A stretch of 64,000 bases of DNA from Azolla caroliniana (Eukaryota > Plantae > Polypodiophyta). Below the pieces are notes generated by a model. It was not told the DNA's origin. It searched no databases and saw only the letters and a program-made list of their open reading frames with translations. Positions 33,930 through 46,850 of this stretch are shown here, one piece after another (position 1 is the stretch's first letter; the number at the start of each line of letters is the position of its first letter). The DNA lies in assembly GCA_043228905.1 (NCBI GenBank), contig JBHGNT010000012.1:15934001-15998000 (forward strand), read 5' to 3'. The position numbers were made by a program, and so were the translations under genes.

Positions 33930-34385
33930 TATTGTGCATCGGACCGAGTATGTTTGCACTAATCGCACACGCTCAACTCATGGCCCTTTTGTATATTGCG
34001 ATGTATCTCCTATGCTCCCCTCTTGAGGCTTCTCTTATGATATTAATTATTGTTGTGCATTGGGTCGAGTGTGTTTGCCCTAATCGCACACGCTCATCTC
34101 ATGGCCCTTTTGCATATGATGTTGAGTATGACACCCTTCCCTTTATTGAGCCATCAGTTGGCCGATTCTATGGGATGGTGTGCTCTTAACGAGGTGTATG
34201 TCGCCTATCTATCTCACTTTACTCTCTATTGAGCCATCACTTGGCCGATTCTATGGGATGTTGTGACCTTGATGAGGTGTATGTCACTTACATATGCCAC
34301 TTTAGTCTCTATTGAGCCATTACTTGGCCGATTCTAGGGATATGTGGTGGTCTTGAGGAGGTGCATGTCGACTACCTTAAGGCAT
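33930..34385. repeat. Tandem repeats in the M1 leader (~120 bp x2 and ~83 bp x3)
   Basis: TAATCGCACACGCTCA occurs twice. ATTGAGCCAT--TTGGCCGATTCTA occurs at about 34145, 34228 and 34311. Confidence 0.8.
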
Positions 34386-37055
34386 GCTTAATGTTCCATA
34401 CACCTGATTGCTTATTATTCTAATTAATTTCTAATTCCACAAATTGTCATTTCACTTATATGATTATCTCGTAATTATTATTTACTCGCCCACAATTAAC
34501 TCTCCTTTTTCCCCTTTCTTTTCATGTTTAAAGTATTTATGTGCGTTTACCTACGATGTAACACTTACGTGCAGACTATCTTTTGTATTGACTGGGCATC
34601 ATGCTGCTTTTTGAATGATTATTTCCAACGGGTCATCTAGGTTTAACTCATATTATTGAGCCTTAGAACTCAAGTGAAATCATATGAGTTTCCCTATTGA
34701 TGTTTTACTCATAAATTTGAGTACTACATCTTTGCGCACAATACCACCACCATTTTTATCAATTTGTGGCTTATGTCACAATTGTGCAAATTACAACCAC
34801 CATATTCGGATGTATATGTGCATACCTCGCACCATCCATTTATTTGTGACATTTTTTTTAGTAGGTAGCACATGGGTTTTTTGACCCTTGTTTTCGTCAC
34901 TACTTGCCTCTAATGGGTAGTGCCTTATTTTATCGTTTTTTGTCATAAAATTTGCTTGTTACCCGCAAGACTAGAATATTACTTACGAGTGCACTTGTTT
35001 TTTCATATAATACACTTTCTCGACCATATCAATACTTGTTGGGTTGGCATTCTAATATAAGGCTAACTAGGAAACTACATTGATGTTAGAACCATGGTTG
35101 AGCCTTGGGGAGCCGCCATGATTATTCAAGATAGAGATCCGAGAAAGACATCTTAGCTATGTTTTCCCCCATGATTTTTAAAACACCATACTGTTACCAT
35201 AGTTATCAGATCTCGAATCACGTCTCATATGTTTAGAGGGGTAAAGATGTGAGATGCTTTCTTGGTAAAGTTCTTCCAATCAAAATTTCAAGCATTCATT
35301 TTGCTTGTGTATTTTCTGAACCTCCTTGTTTATATAGCATACCCATAGCTTGCATCATGGAACAAGTTTTTAACGTTGTTGGAGCAATCTCTCCTATTGA
35401 GACGTCTCAACTCCAATCCGCATCTCGCACACAAGCTGAGATTACTATTGAGCAATTGCTCACTACTACCATGAATCAATTGGCCGAAATGAGGCGGGCC
35501 AATATGACATTGGAAAAGAAATTCTAAGAATTGACTATTGAGTCGAAGAAAGAAGGTGAGCCTTCTTTCGTAGTAACGCCATTCAAGAGAGATAAGAAAG
35601 AAAGAACCGAGGAGGCCATTAGCACTTGGCTTGGTCATTGGTGTCTCACTTTGAGCTCCATCCCAAGCCCGATGCTATAAAAATTGGTTATGTCGGTCAT
35701 GAGTTAGGTGGCTGAGTTGTTGCTTGGTGGCGCGGCCTAAGGACTGAAAAGAACTTATCCACAACTTGGGAAGGTTTCGTTGATGGTTTTAAGAAATAGT
35801 TTTTGCAGCCACCTTCTCAAACTAAATAAGCGTAACACTTGCTCACGTTGTTGAGTAAGCCATTTACCTCTCTCGAGGATTATGTGCATCATGCTCAGAG
35901 CCAGAGATCCAAAAATCGGGACTTACGGGTGAGAAATGGTTTGTTGCTGACTTTTTGAATGGTATTCCTAATGGGGATTACCAGTGGATTGTCCATGACA
36001 AGGACCCCACAACTTTTGAGGAATCCGTCAACATTGTACTTCGGTACCATAGGACTTCCAAGAAAGACCACAATAAACCTGAGTTCGCCAAAACTCCGAA
36101 TGTCAAGGTCATTGGGAAACATAAGCAATCCAATGACACTCTTGACCATGACTCCAAGAAACCGAACCTCTTCTATGCATATTGCAAGAAGCGGGGCCAC
36201 ACAAAGGATACTTGTCGTCGTCTTGAGAGGAAGTCAATGAACACCCCTCCTCAAGACAAATCTATGAGTCACACAGGTGAGTCTTTTGATGTTGTTGAAG
36301 TTCATACCAACCACTTAAGTTCATTTGAATGCACTTTTCCTTCACATTTACTTGGACCTAATGATTTACTCCGACTAGTTGGGTATATAAATGGAACACA
36401 AGCATATTTCTTGTTTGATTCCGGTAGTTCTCACAATTTTCTTAATGATCACTTTGTGGAGCAAATGGAACTCCACATAAACGCAAGTGATCCTATCTAT
36501 CAAGTTCACATGGCAAATGGAAGCGTTCAATACATCAGTGGCATTGTTTGTCAACTAACAATTCAAATAGATACTTTTGGAGAAGCTAGACTTCCATGTT
36601 ATGAAACTACAATCCGCAGATGTCATTTTAGGATACCCTTGGTTTTTTAATAAAAACCCTTCTTTGTCCATTGATTGGGTTAATCACTGGATCACATTTG
36701 AACTTAATAATTGTAAACATTTTATTCAATGTTCCAAACTTCCTTCTCGTTCACTTGTGTCTTCTAAAACTTTAAGTGAGTATTCTAGTTCATTAATTTA
36801 TTCGTGTGTAATTGATCCTGCGCTTCAATTTTATTATTTTAATATTGATGCCACACAATTACTACATTGTGAACAACAATTACTCGACTCTATTCTAGAC
36901 AATTTTCAAGATGTGTTTCCTAACGAATTGCCGCTTACTTTACCACCAAAACGTAATGTCGACAATCAAATTAGACTCATCATGTTGGGAGACAGGTCCC
37001 TCCGGATGGGAAGGGAGAAGAACAGTGTTGATAAGGAAACTCGGCCGAGGCCGAA

Positions 37056-37265
37056 ACTGGATGACGAGTACCTGGCTACGGAGAGCCGGATGGTGCAAAC
37101 CCGGTGAGAACCGGATGAGGAGTACCCGACTACGGAGAGCCGGCTGGTGCAGACCAGGTGAGAACTGGATGAGGACCCGGCTACGGAGAGCCGGATGGTG
37201 CAGACCCGGTGAGAACCGGATGACGAGTGCTCGACAAGATCCGGATGATGCAAACCCGGTGAGGA
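37056..37265. repeat. 54-bp tandem repeat in the H 5' LTR (3 units plus a terminal variant)
   Basis: Consensus ACCGGATGAGGAGTACCCGGCTACGGAGAGCCGGATGGTGCAGACCCGGTGAGA. Confidence 0.9.
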
Positions 37266-37755
37266 GCGCTCTCCGGATGAAGAGACATATTTGTAAATAT
37301 GTTTCTGAGAGTCCATCGTGGCTATATTTGTAAATAGCCGAAAAGTCATATTAGTATAAATATGACTTAGGGCAAACTTTTATGTGTGTGTCGTTATTCT
37401 TGTCTGCGTGAGATCAGAGCGCGTAACTGTGTATAGAGAGAGAGAGAGAGAGAGAGAGAGGTCGTTGCCTCTGTTCTAACCGCCGCCTGTGGCTAAGATA
37501 GAAAGCTCGAGGTCGTTGCCTTGGTGCTTCACTGTTGTACACTGTAACATAGTGATAGTTTGCAGCCTGTGGGCTGCCGTGGTTTTTCCCTAGTTTGGGT
37601 TTTCCACGTAAACATCCTGTGTACTCTTCTCTTCACTGTGTCGTGCATTCTTACCTGTTTTTCTGTGTTTGAATTTAGACTCTGTTGTGGCCGAGCATCA
37701 TTCACCAGAGCGTGTAGTTCCCGTCAAGTGGTATCAGAGCAAAACGACATAGAAA

Positions 37756-40700
37756 ATGGACGATTCGTTGGGAGGCATGTTCAAGCTCACCGGCTCCAAC
37801 TATTCGGTGTGGAAGTCGAAGATGAGGGACATGCTCGTGGTTAAAGATCTTTGGTTGCCGGTTCAGTTCGGCGACAAGAGACCGGACAAGATCGACACCG
37901 TGATATGGGAGGTGATGCACATGAAGACAACGGCGTACATACGGTGCTTCATCGACATGAGCCTGTACAACAACTTCAATGAAGAGAGCAAGGCTCATGA
38001 GCTCTGGGAGAAGATCAGCATTATCTTTCAAAACAAAAATGCCGTTAATCAGGTTTCGGTATTCCGGAAGCTAGTAAGACTCTGGTACCAAGATGGCTCC
38101 AGCATGGCAGAGCACATGAATGCCTTCCAGGGGCTAATCCACCAGGCAACATCATTGGAGGTACCTCTCGCCGATGAGGTACTAGCACTACTCCTGCTCG
38201 GTTCCCTCCCAGATAGCTGGGAGACGTTGGTTGTCACCTTGGGCAACACCGGGCCGGAAGGGAAACGGTTATCCCTAGCAAGAGTAAAGTCGAGCTTGCT
38301 AGATGAGGAGGCACGTCGGAAAGATAAAGATACGAGCTCCGACTCCAAAGCGCTCCTTACCGAATCAAAATGCGGAAGACAAAGAAACCGTAGTCCCCAG
38401 AACCGGGAAAAGTCGGGGACACGGTCAAAGTTAAGGGGGAGACCTACTTGCTTCTATTGCGGCAAGCCGGGACACTTCCAGAAGAACTGTTGGCATTTCC
38501 GAAAGGACAAGGAAACCGACGGTACCGATTCGAAGTGGATACCGGACCGGAATGGTAAAGATCGGAGGGGAACGGACCAGAAGGGGACGACGGCAATCGC
38601 AACAAGTGAAGAAGAGTTGATGCTCATCACCGAGGAGAGTGAGATAAACCTTGCCGGCGACGAGATGGCCTGGGTGGTCGACTCCGGAGCGTCGTTCCAC
38701 CTTACCCCGGACCGGAAATGCTTCTCATCCTACTCAGCCGTTGATCACGGCTATGTCCGGATGGGGAATGAAGGTACATGCCGAATTGTCGGCATAGGAG
38801 AAGTATGACTGTCAACATCAACCGGATGCAAGATGCTGCTGAAGGATGTTCGACACGTTCCGAAGGTTCGTCTGAACCTGATATCAGTCGGTCGGCTAGA
38901 TGAGGAAGGCTACACGGGTAGCATCCGGAATGGTGTTATGAAGTTCAAGAAAGGGAGCCTGATTGTGGCTCGGGCCCGAAAGGTAAACACGTTGTACCTG
39001 ATGAATGTCCGGTTATGTCCGAAGGAAGTGAACGTGGCATCCAACACTGCCGGTGAGCTGTGGCACAAGAGACTGTGTCACATGAGTGAGAAGGGGATGA
39101 AGAGGCTTGTAGACAACAACCTCATTCCAGTAAAGAACGTGCACTTGGAGAAGTGCACTGATTGTCTGGCCGGAAAGCAAAACTAGACCTCCTTCCGACC
39201 AAGGCCACCGATGAGACGTAATGCACCACTAGAGTTGGTGCATACTGATGTGTGTCAAGTAGACACGAAGTCACATGCAAGATCGCAGTACTTCGTGACG
39301 TTCATAGATGACCACAGCTGGAAGCTGTGGGCCACACCGTTGAAGATGAAGGATCAGGTGTTATCCGTATTCAAAGAGCTCCACGCGAGAGTGGAAAGAG
39401 AAACCGGCCGGAAGCTGAAGGCGGTTCGAGCAGATAACGGAGGTGAATACCGGGGGTAGTTCGAGGAGTATTGTCGCTCGAAGGGAATACGGCTCGAATT
39501 TACCGTGCCGAAGACGCCGGAACTAAACGGCCTGGCCGAGAGGATGAACCGGACCATAATGGAGAGGGTTCGGAGTATGCTAGCGCATGGAAAACTACCC
39601 AATAAGTTTTGGGCTGAGGCACTATCGACGACGACATATGTGATAAACAGATCACCCTCAGTACCCTTGGACGGAGACATGCCACAGAGAGTATGGACAG
39701 GTAAGGAAGTGTCCTACCGGCATCTGAAGGTATTCGGGTGTCTCGCGTACGTACACGTAGCTAAGGACCGGAGAGGTAAGTTAGATCCAAAGACCCGGCC
39801 ATGCATATTCCTCGGTTACGGCGACGATGAGTTCGGCTACCAAGTGTGGGACCTGATCAACCAGAAGGTATTCCAGAGGACAAGACGCTTGCCGACTAGG
39901 AGTCGGAGAAGAAGATAATGAACTCCGAGTCGACCAGTAAGGATCGATTCTACGATGAGCAGACGTAACCGACAAGAGACCGGTTAACACTCGAGGAACC
40001 AGCCGGTTACGGTGAGGATACCGAACTGGCAGAAGAAGAAGTAGAGGAAGTTGAAACCGGAACTGGCCAAGACCCTGAATCGGATTCGGATGAAGAGCAG
40101 ATGGAGGAGCCAGTCACTGAAGCCCAAAGACGGAGATATCCTCTCAGAGAGAGAAGGGCCCCTAGGAGATTTCCGGATGCAGAGCATGTGCTGGTAACCG
40201 ATGATGGGGAGCCAGAAAACTTCGAAGAAGCGAAGGATGACACCCACAACCGCAAATGGTTAAGTGCCATGTAGGATGAGATGGATTCCCTGCATGAGAA
40301 CCATATGTACGAATTGGTGGAGTTGCCGAAAGGAAAGCATGCACTCCGAAATAAGTGGGTGTACAAGTTGAAACTGGGAGATGCCGGCAACCCCCCAAGA
40401 TACAAAGCCAGGATCGTGGTGAAGGGGTTCCAGCAGAAGAAGGGCGTGGACTTCGATGAGATATTTTCCCCGGTAGTAAAGATGATCTCCATCCGGACGG
40501 TGCTGAGTATAGCGGCAAGCATGAACCTCGAGGTAGAGCAGGACGTGAAGACGACATTCCTTCACGGTGACCTCGAAGAGGAGATCTATATGCAGCAACC
40601 GGAAGGATTCGTGAAGAAAGGGAAGGAGCACCTGGTATGCCGGCTGAAGAAGAGCCTGTACGGACTGAAGCAGGCTCCCCAACAATGGTACCAGAAGTTC

Positions 40701-41777
40701 GACTCCTTCATGGCCGATCAAGGGTACCACAAGACGCAGGCCGATCACTTCGTGTTTGTGAAGAAGTTTGAAGGAGTCGACTTCCTGGTACTCCTTCTGT
40801 ACGTGGATGACATGTTGATCGTTGGATGGGACCAAGTCAAAATACGGATGCTGAAGAAGGCTCTCAACCGAACCTTCTCAATGAAAGACTTGGGTCCGGC
40901 AAGATAGATGTTGGGGATGCATATTATCCGGAACCGGTCAGTGAAGCAATTATGGCTGTCACAGGAGAAGTACGTGACAAAGGTGCTTCACCGGTTCAAC
41001 ATGTCAGATGCGAAACCGGTCGGATTGACACTTCCGGAAAACTGCAGGTTATCTGGTAAGAAAAGCCCGAAGACGAAAGCAGAGAAGGCGGATGTGATGA
41101 AGATTCCATATGCCTCTGCCGTCGGGAGTTTAATGTACGCAATGGTGTGTACCTGACCGGATATAGGATACGCATGTGGAGTGGTGAGTCGGTTCATGAG
41201 CATTCCCAGCAAGGAGCACTGGAACGCAGTCAAATGGATACTCCGGTACTTGAAGGGCACTTCGCATATGTGTCTCCGATTCGGCTCCGGAAAACCTCAA
41301 CTTGACGGTTTTACCAATTCGGACATGTCGGCTGATGTGTATACCAGCCGGTCCACATCCGGGTATGTAATGACATATGCAGGGGGAGCTGTTTCGTGGC
41401 AGTCGAGGCTGCAGAAGACGGTTGCGTTGTCAACCACAGAGGCGGAGTACATGGCGGTTGTGGAAGCCGGCAAGGAAATCTTATGGATGAAGGACTTCAT
41501 CGGAGAGCTCGGTATCCGGCAAGATGAATACCGGCTCTATTGCGACAGTCAAAGTGCCATCCACCTTGCTAAGAATGCAACCTACCATTCCCGGACGAAG
41601 CATATTCAGCGAAGGTATCACTGGATCCGAGAAAGAGTAGATGACCAGGAGTTCGCGTTGATGAAGATCCACACGGCTGAGAACGGGTCAGACATGTTGA
41701 CCAAAGTGTTGATACCCGACAAGCTGGATGCATGCCGAAAGCGGATTGGACTAGTAAGACACCCCATGCTAGAGTGA
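37756..41777 (+). pseudogene. gag-pol: Copia H gag-pol with multiple stops and frameshifts
   Basis: CFYCGKPGHFQKNC, WVVDSGASFH, HTDVC, RADNGGEY, LYVDDML, SDMLTK. Confidence 0.92.
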
Positions 41778-41860
41778 AGGGGGAGTTTGTTGGGAGACAG
41801 GTCCCTCCGGATGGGAAGGGAGAAGAATAGTGCTGATAAGGAAACTCGGCCGAGGCCGTA

Positions 41861-42180
41861 ACCGGATCACGAGTACCTGGCTACGAAGAGCCGAATGGTG
41901 CAGACCTGGTGAAAACCGGATGAGGAGTACCCGGCTACGGACAGCCGGATGGTGCAGACCCGGTGAGAACCAGATGAGGAGTACCCGGCAACGGAGAGCC
42001 GGATGGTGCAGACCCGGTGAGAACCGGATGAGGAGTACCCGGCTACGGAGAGCCGGATGGTGCAGACCCGGTGAGAACCGGATGAGGAGTACCCGGCTAC
42101 AGAGAGTCGGATGGTGCAGACCCGGTGAGAACCAGATGACGAGTGCCCGGCAAGATCCGGATGATGCAGGCCCGGTGAGG
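41861..42180. repeat. 54-bp tandem repeat in the H 3' LTR (5 units plus a terminal variant)
   Basis: Same unit. It gives the repetitive RRAGWCRPGENRMRST translation. Confidence 0.92.
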
Positions 42181-42347
42181 AACGCTCTCCAGATGAAGAG
42201 ACATATTCGTAAATATGTTTCTGAGGGTCCATCGTGGCTATATTTGTAAATAGCCGAAAAGTCATATTAGTATAAATATGACTTAGGGCAAACTTTTATG
42301 TGTGTGTCGTTATTCTTGTCTGCGTGAGATCAGAGCGCGTAACTGTG

Positions 42348-42388
<41 letters not shown>

Positions 42389-45300
42389 CGTTGCCTCTGT
42401 TCTAACCGCCGCCTGTGGCTAAGATAGAAAGCTCGAGGTCGTTGCCTCGGTGCTTCACTGTTGTACACTGTAACATAGTGATAGTTTGGAGCCTGTGGGC
42501 TGCCGTGGTTTTTCCCTAGTTTGGGTTTTCCACGTAAACATCATGTGTACTCTTCTTTTCAGTGTGTCGTGCATTCTTACCTGTTTTTCTGTGTTTGATT
42601 TTAGACTCGGTTGCAGCCGAGCGTCATTCACCGGAGCGTGTAGTTCCCATCACTTCCCTAGCTAGTGTTGCTCCTGTGAGCATTCCACCTTACGGACTTA
42701 GTCGATTAGAAGAGGATGAGATCGCTAAACAACTTAAGGAATACTCGAGTATGGGCCACATTAGGTATAGTAAATCACCTTGGGGTGCGCCAGTTCTATT
42801 AGTAAAGAAGAAGGAAGGTTCATGGCGGATGTGTATCAATTATCGCCGTTTGAATAAAACGACAATTAAAAATGCATATCCGTTACCTCATGCCGATGAT
42901 TTGATTGATCAGTTGCATGGGGCTCGATATTTTACGAAAATTGACTTACGAACAGGTTATCATTAGATTCGCATTGCTGAGGATGATATTCCTAAAACTG
43001 TTTTTCGTACACGCTATGGCCATTATGAGTTTTTAGTCATGCCTTTCGAGGTTGACTAATGCTCCAACCACATTCCAACAAGCGATGAATGACGTTTTCC
43101 AAGATCAACTAGGTGATTTTGTTGTCGTCTTCTTTGATGATATTTTGATACATAGTCATACCTTGGAAGATCATGTTCAACATGTTTGATTTGTTTTGCA
43201 AAAGTTGCGTGACAACTCTTTCTATGCAAAACATTCAAAATGCGATTTTTTCCAAAATTTTATTGTGTACCTAGGTCATTTAATTACGGAAAAAGGCGTT
43301 GAAATTGAACCTTCTCGCATTGAAAAGGTTAAACTTTGGCCCATTCCTCGTAATATTCGTGAATTGCGATCATTCTTAGGGTTTATTGGATTTTTACGAA
43401 AATCAATTCGTAACTATTCCAAATTGACTACGCCTTTAACTGACCTTTTAAAAGGTCATCACGTAAGTATGTCAAACTGATTGCATGGAATGAACAACTT
43501 GACAAATCATTTGAGACACTCAAAGAGCATGTGTGTCAGGTTGCCACTCTTCTATTATCGGACCCTTCTAAGCCTTTCTCAATTGAAACCGATGCTAGTG
43601 ATTATGCTATTGGTGTCGTTCGTTATCAAGGCAGTCACCCTATTGCTTTTGAAAGTAAGAAGCTTGATGCTACTCAATCTCGGTATTCGGTTCAAGAGAA
43701 AGAGTTGTTTGCGGTAATACATGCACTTAAAACATGGAGGCACTATCTTTATGGAAATAAATTTGTGGTTACAACAGACCATCAATCATTGAAATATTTT
43801 TGTGACCAACCAGATCTTGTTAGTCGTAAAGGCCCTTGGCCTGACCTTATGCAAGATTTTGATTTTTCCATATGGTATCGCAAGGGTTCTATGAACACTA
43901 TTGTGGATGCTCTTAGTCGCATTAAAGAAGTTAACATGCTTAGCTTCATGGAAATAAAACCTAATCTTTTAGATCACCTTCGAGGGAAATACCTTGATGA
44001 CAGTTATTTTTCGAAATACTGGACGAAAGCCGAATCTGGGTTAGATGTTGATACTAGTACCCTACCCTCGAAGGTGACCTTTCACATTACAAACAGTTTG
44101 CTCTACCATAGTAGAAAGGTCTGTGTTCCAGATTTACCAAACGTAAAACAAAAAATGCTTCATGAATGTCATGATGCACCATCTGCTAATCATCCTGGAA
44201 TACAACGCACACTCGTTCTTATCGCGAGTACTTTTTTTTGGCCTAAGATGCGCTCTGACGTGCATAAATACGTAAATGCTTACAATGTCAAATTAATGAG
44301 TCAGAACGACTTAAAGCTACGGGTCTTTTACATCCCTTAGATATTCCCAACAACAAATGACAAAGTATCTCAATGGATTTTATTGTTAGTTTACCTCGTA
44401 CACAGAGGGGTCATGATTCCATTTGGGTTGTCGTTGACAGACTAACAAAATTGGCTAGATTTATTCCTACCAAAACCATGGTAACTGCTCAACAATTGGC
44501 TTATCAATTTGTTGATGAGTTATTTCGCTTTTATGGATTACCGATGGATATTGTTAGTGATCGAGATTCCAAGTTTACTAGTGACTTTTGGACTCACGTA
44601 TTTAAGAAACTAGAAACTACGTTGAGCATGAGTTCAGTAGATCGTCCTCAATCTGATGGACAAACTGAACGAGTTAATCAAATTATTGAGGACATGCTTC
44701 GAGCTTATGTAGCAAAAACCCGTTCTAAGTGGGAGAAATACCTTCCTATCTTAGAATTTGCCTATAATAGCTCTAATTTAACATACATCCACTGGATATA
44801 GTCCTTTTATGTTGATGTATGGTTTTTTTCCACGTGCCCCAGTTGATGTCACGATTCATCATGACACATTAGAGAATATATGCAATTCTTTGCAAGACAT
44901 GAACCAAATGTTGCATATTGCCAAAGACAATGTCAAGACGGCTCAAGATCATGCTCAATTTTATAGTGATCAGGATAGACGTCCTCATGCATTTACTATT
45001 GGTCAAAAAGTTTTTTGTGTGTCCCTACTGACTCTACGTCATTGTCTACAGGCAAGTGCGCTAAGTTAGCCAGTTGAGGTAGGTTGATCATATGTATATC
45101 TAGGACTCACATTTAATGCTTGATCAGGTAAATTCTCGATGACCCAAGCAACCAAAGATAGGCTAGCGAGAGGGTATGCATCCCCTCACTCTTAAAGAGA
45201 TAATGCCATCAGACATATTTTCAAGAGCCATGGACTAAAGGATGGCTCTTCGACTCATTAGTGACCCTGTCCCTCATGTATGCATCAGTAGTATGGGCTC

Positions 45301-45831
45301 CAAGTCTACCATCTTTCATGTGGATGCAATTAGAGAGACCTTTGGTGACGATGTTATCACATCAACTACGAAGCAAATTGACAGTACCACATGACATTAT
45401 TGTTGTCCGCCAGAATTGTAACCGCCAGACATAACGCATGGGGAATAGAGTATTATATTACAAGTGTTAAAAGTAACACGTTTAATGGTTGTACGCAGGG
45501 AGAGTAACCGATTATAAGCCATGTATATATAAAGGGCGAGAGACCATTGTAAGGAGCTAGCGTATTATAAGAGCGCCATTTTAATATAGTTTATCTTCTC
45601 TTATCTTGGTGTCCTGTCTATTGGCCTATTGGTCTCTTGTTTCTGTGTCTCGTTCTCTGTACAACACTATGTTGTAGTAAACACAAGGTAAGTACGCGTT
45701 GGGTTGTAGCCGTCTTCCCCTTATGCCCTACCGATCATGTACTATGCATCCCTATTCCCTTGCACCACAATCACCTTGTAAACTACCTTGAAGGACGGAA
45801 GGTGGGTTGTGTTCCTAACCGGTAACACTTT

Positions 45832-45846
45832 TGGCATGCCTGGTGA
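45832..45846 (+). promoter_or_regulatory. PBS of J, tRNA-Arg(UCU)-like
   Basis: TGGCATGCCTGGTGA lies 4 nt after the LTR. The sister copy at 383-397 has TGGCACGCTTGGTGA. Both resemble TGGCACGCCCGGTGGGAC, the complement of the plant tRNA-Arg(UCU) 3' end as recalled. Confidence 0.65.
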
Positions 45847-46059
45847 TTTGTGAATCCTCGCAGCCGAGCAAGCAAGGAATGGATGTCTAGCCGCCCCCGT
45901 ATTAGAGAACCTACGTGACAAGATCGACCACTAACTAGATCCATCTCCAGAAAGATAGAAGCACGCGCTACACGGAAACCCCGCCTCAGCGACCACACCT
46001 CTTTTCAAGAGTACACGGTAGACTCCATGCTCACAAAACAAAGCGACTTCGATCCCAAT

Positions 46060-46850
46060 GTCTTATCGCCACATGACCAATGTAGTGCGAACAAAACGCC
46101 ACAGTAGCCCACACCGCAGGGTCAGTAGCCTTCGTTGGCTGACCGTCACCATCGCAACCGAGATGACTTTCTCATACCCCCGCTTTAACGGAGAAACCGA
46201 CGCTGCGACCCACGTACGATCATTCCTCAATGTCTGGAATGATAATCTCATCGCGCAATGGTTTCCAGACGTGGAAGCCCACGCTTCGAAGATCGCCAAG
46301 TTCGAGTTAAATTTGGACGGTCGGGTTGTGTGTTGGCATTCCCAGATGGATTTGGCAACAATCACAACCTTCGACCAATTGCAATTGGCGTTCTTGTGTT
46401 TTTGTTCATCAGAGGGTGTCACAACATGAAATAATCGGGCAGTTCTATAACCGAAGTCTTATCGCCACATGACCAAACTAGTGCGAACAAACGCCACAGT
46501 AGCCCACACCGCAGGGTCAGTAGCCTTCGTTGGCTGACCGTCACCATCGCGACCGAGATGACTTTCTCATACCCCCGCTTTAACGGAGAAACCAACACTG
46601 CGAGCCACGTATGATCGTTCCTCAATGTCTGGAATGTTAATCACATCGCGCAATGGTTTCCAGACGCGGAAGCCCACACTTTGAAGATCGCCGAGTTCGG
46701 GTTAAATTTGGACGGTTGGGTTGCGTGTTGACATTCCCAGATGGACTTGGCAACAATCAAAACCTTCGACCAATTGCAATTGGCGTTCTTGTGTTTTTGT
46801 TCATCAGAGGGTGTCACAACGTGAAATAATTGGGCAGTTCTATACCATCA
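46060..46850 (+). repeat. ~396-bp tandem duplication covering the J gag start
   Basis: GTCTTATCGCCACATGACCAA at 46060 and 46457. ATGACTTTCTC at 46163 and 46558. Confidence 0.92.

Larger units (their letters stand above)
36983..42652 (+). mobile_element. Full-length degenerate Ty1/copia element H inserted in M1 between PR and RT
   Basis: LTRs 36983-37726 and 41788-42652. PBS TGGTATCAGAGC at 37729-37740. PPT GAAGGGGGAG at 41776-41785. Flanks CATCA and CTTCC are at best a decayed TSD. Confidence 0.95.
33229..45069 (+). mobile_element. Chromovirus-type Ty3/gypsy M1: partial 5' LTR (ends ~33705), iMet PBS, ~1.6-kb leader, degenerate gag-pol; interrupted by H and 3'-truncated
   Basis: PBS CGGTATCAGAAC at 33707-33718. 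gag from 35357, [60 protein letters not shown]...PQSDGQTERVNQ. Ends at GKCAKLA before the GPF motif. The left boundary is approximate. Confidence 0.88.

Noticed and set aside
41830-42249. Repeat protein ORFs (RRAGWCRPGE) and a hammerhead-like CTGATAAG...GGCCGAGGCCG word in the H LTRs
   Set aside because: The ORFs follow from a 54-bp unit being a multiple of three inside an LTR. The hammerhead core position G8 is not matched.
44800-45400. Chromodomain at the end of M1 integrase
   Set aside because: The element is truncated at about 45069 before the GPF motif and LINE sequence follows, so the chromovirus call rests on RT/RH/IN motifs only.
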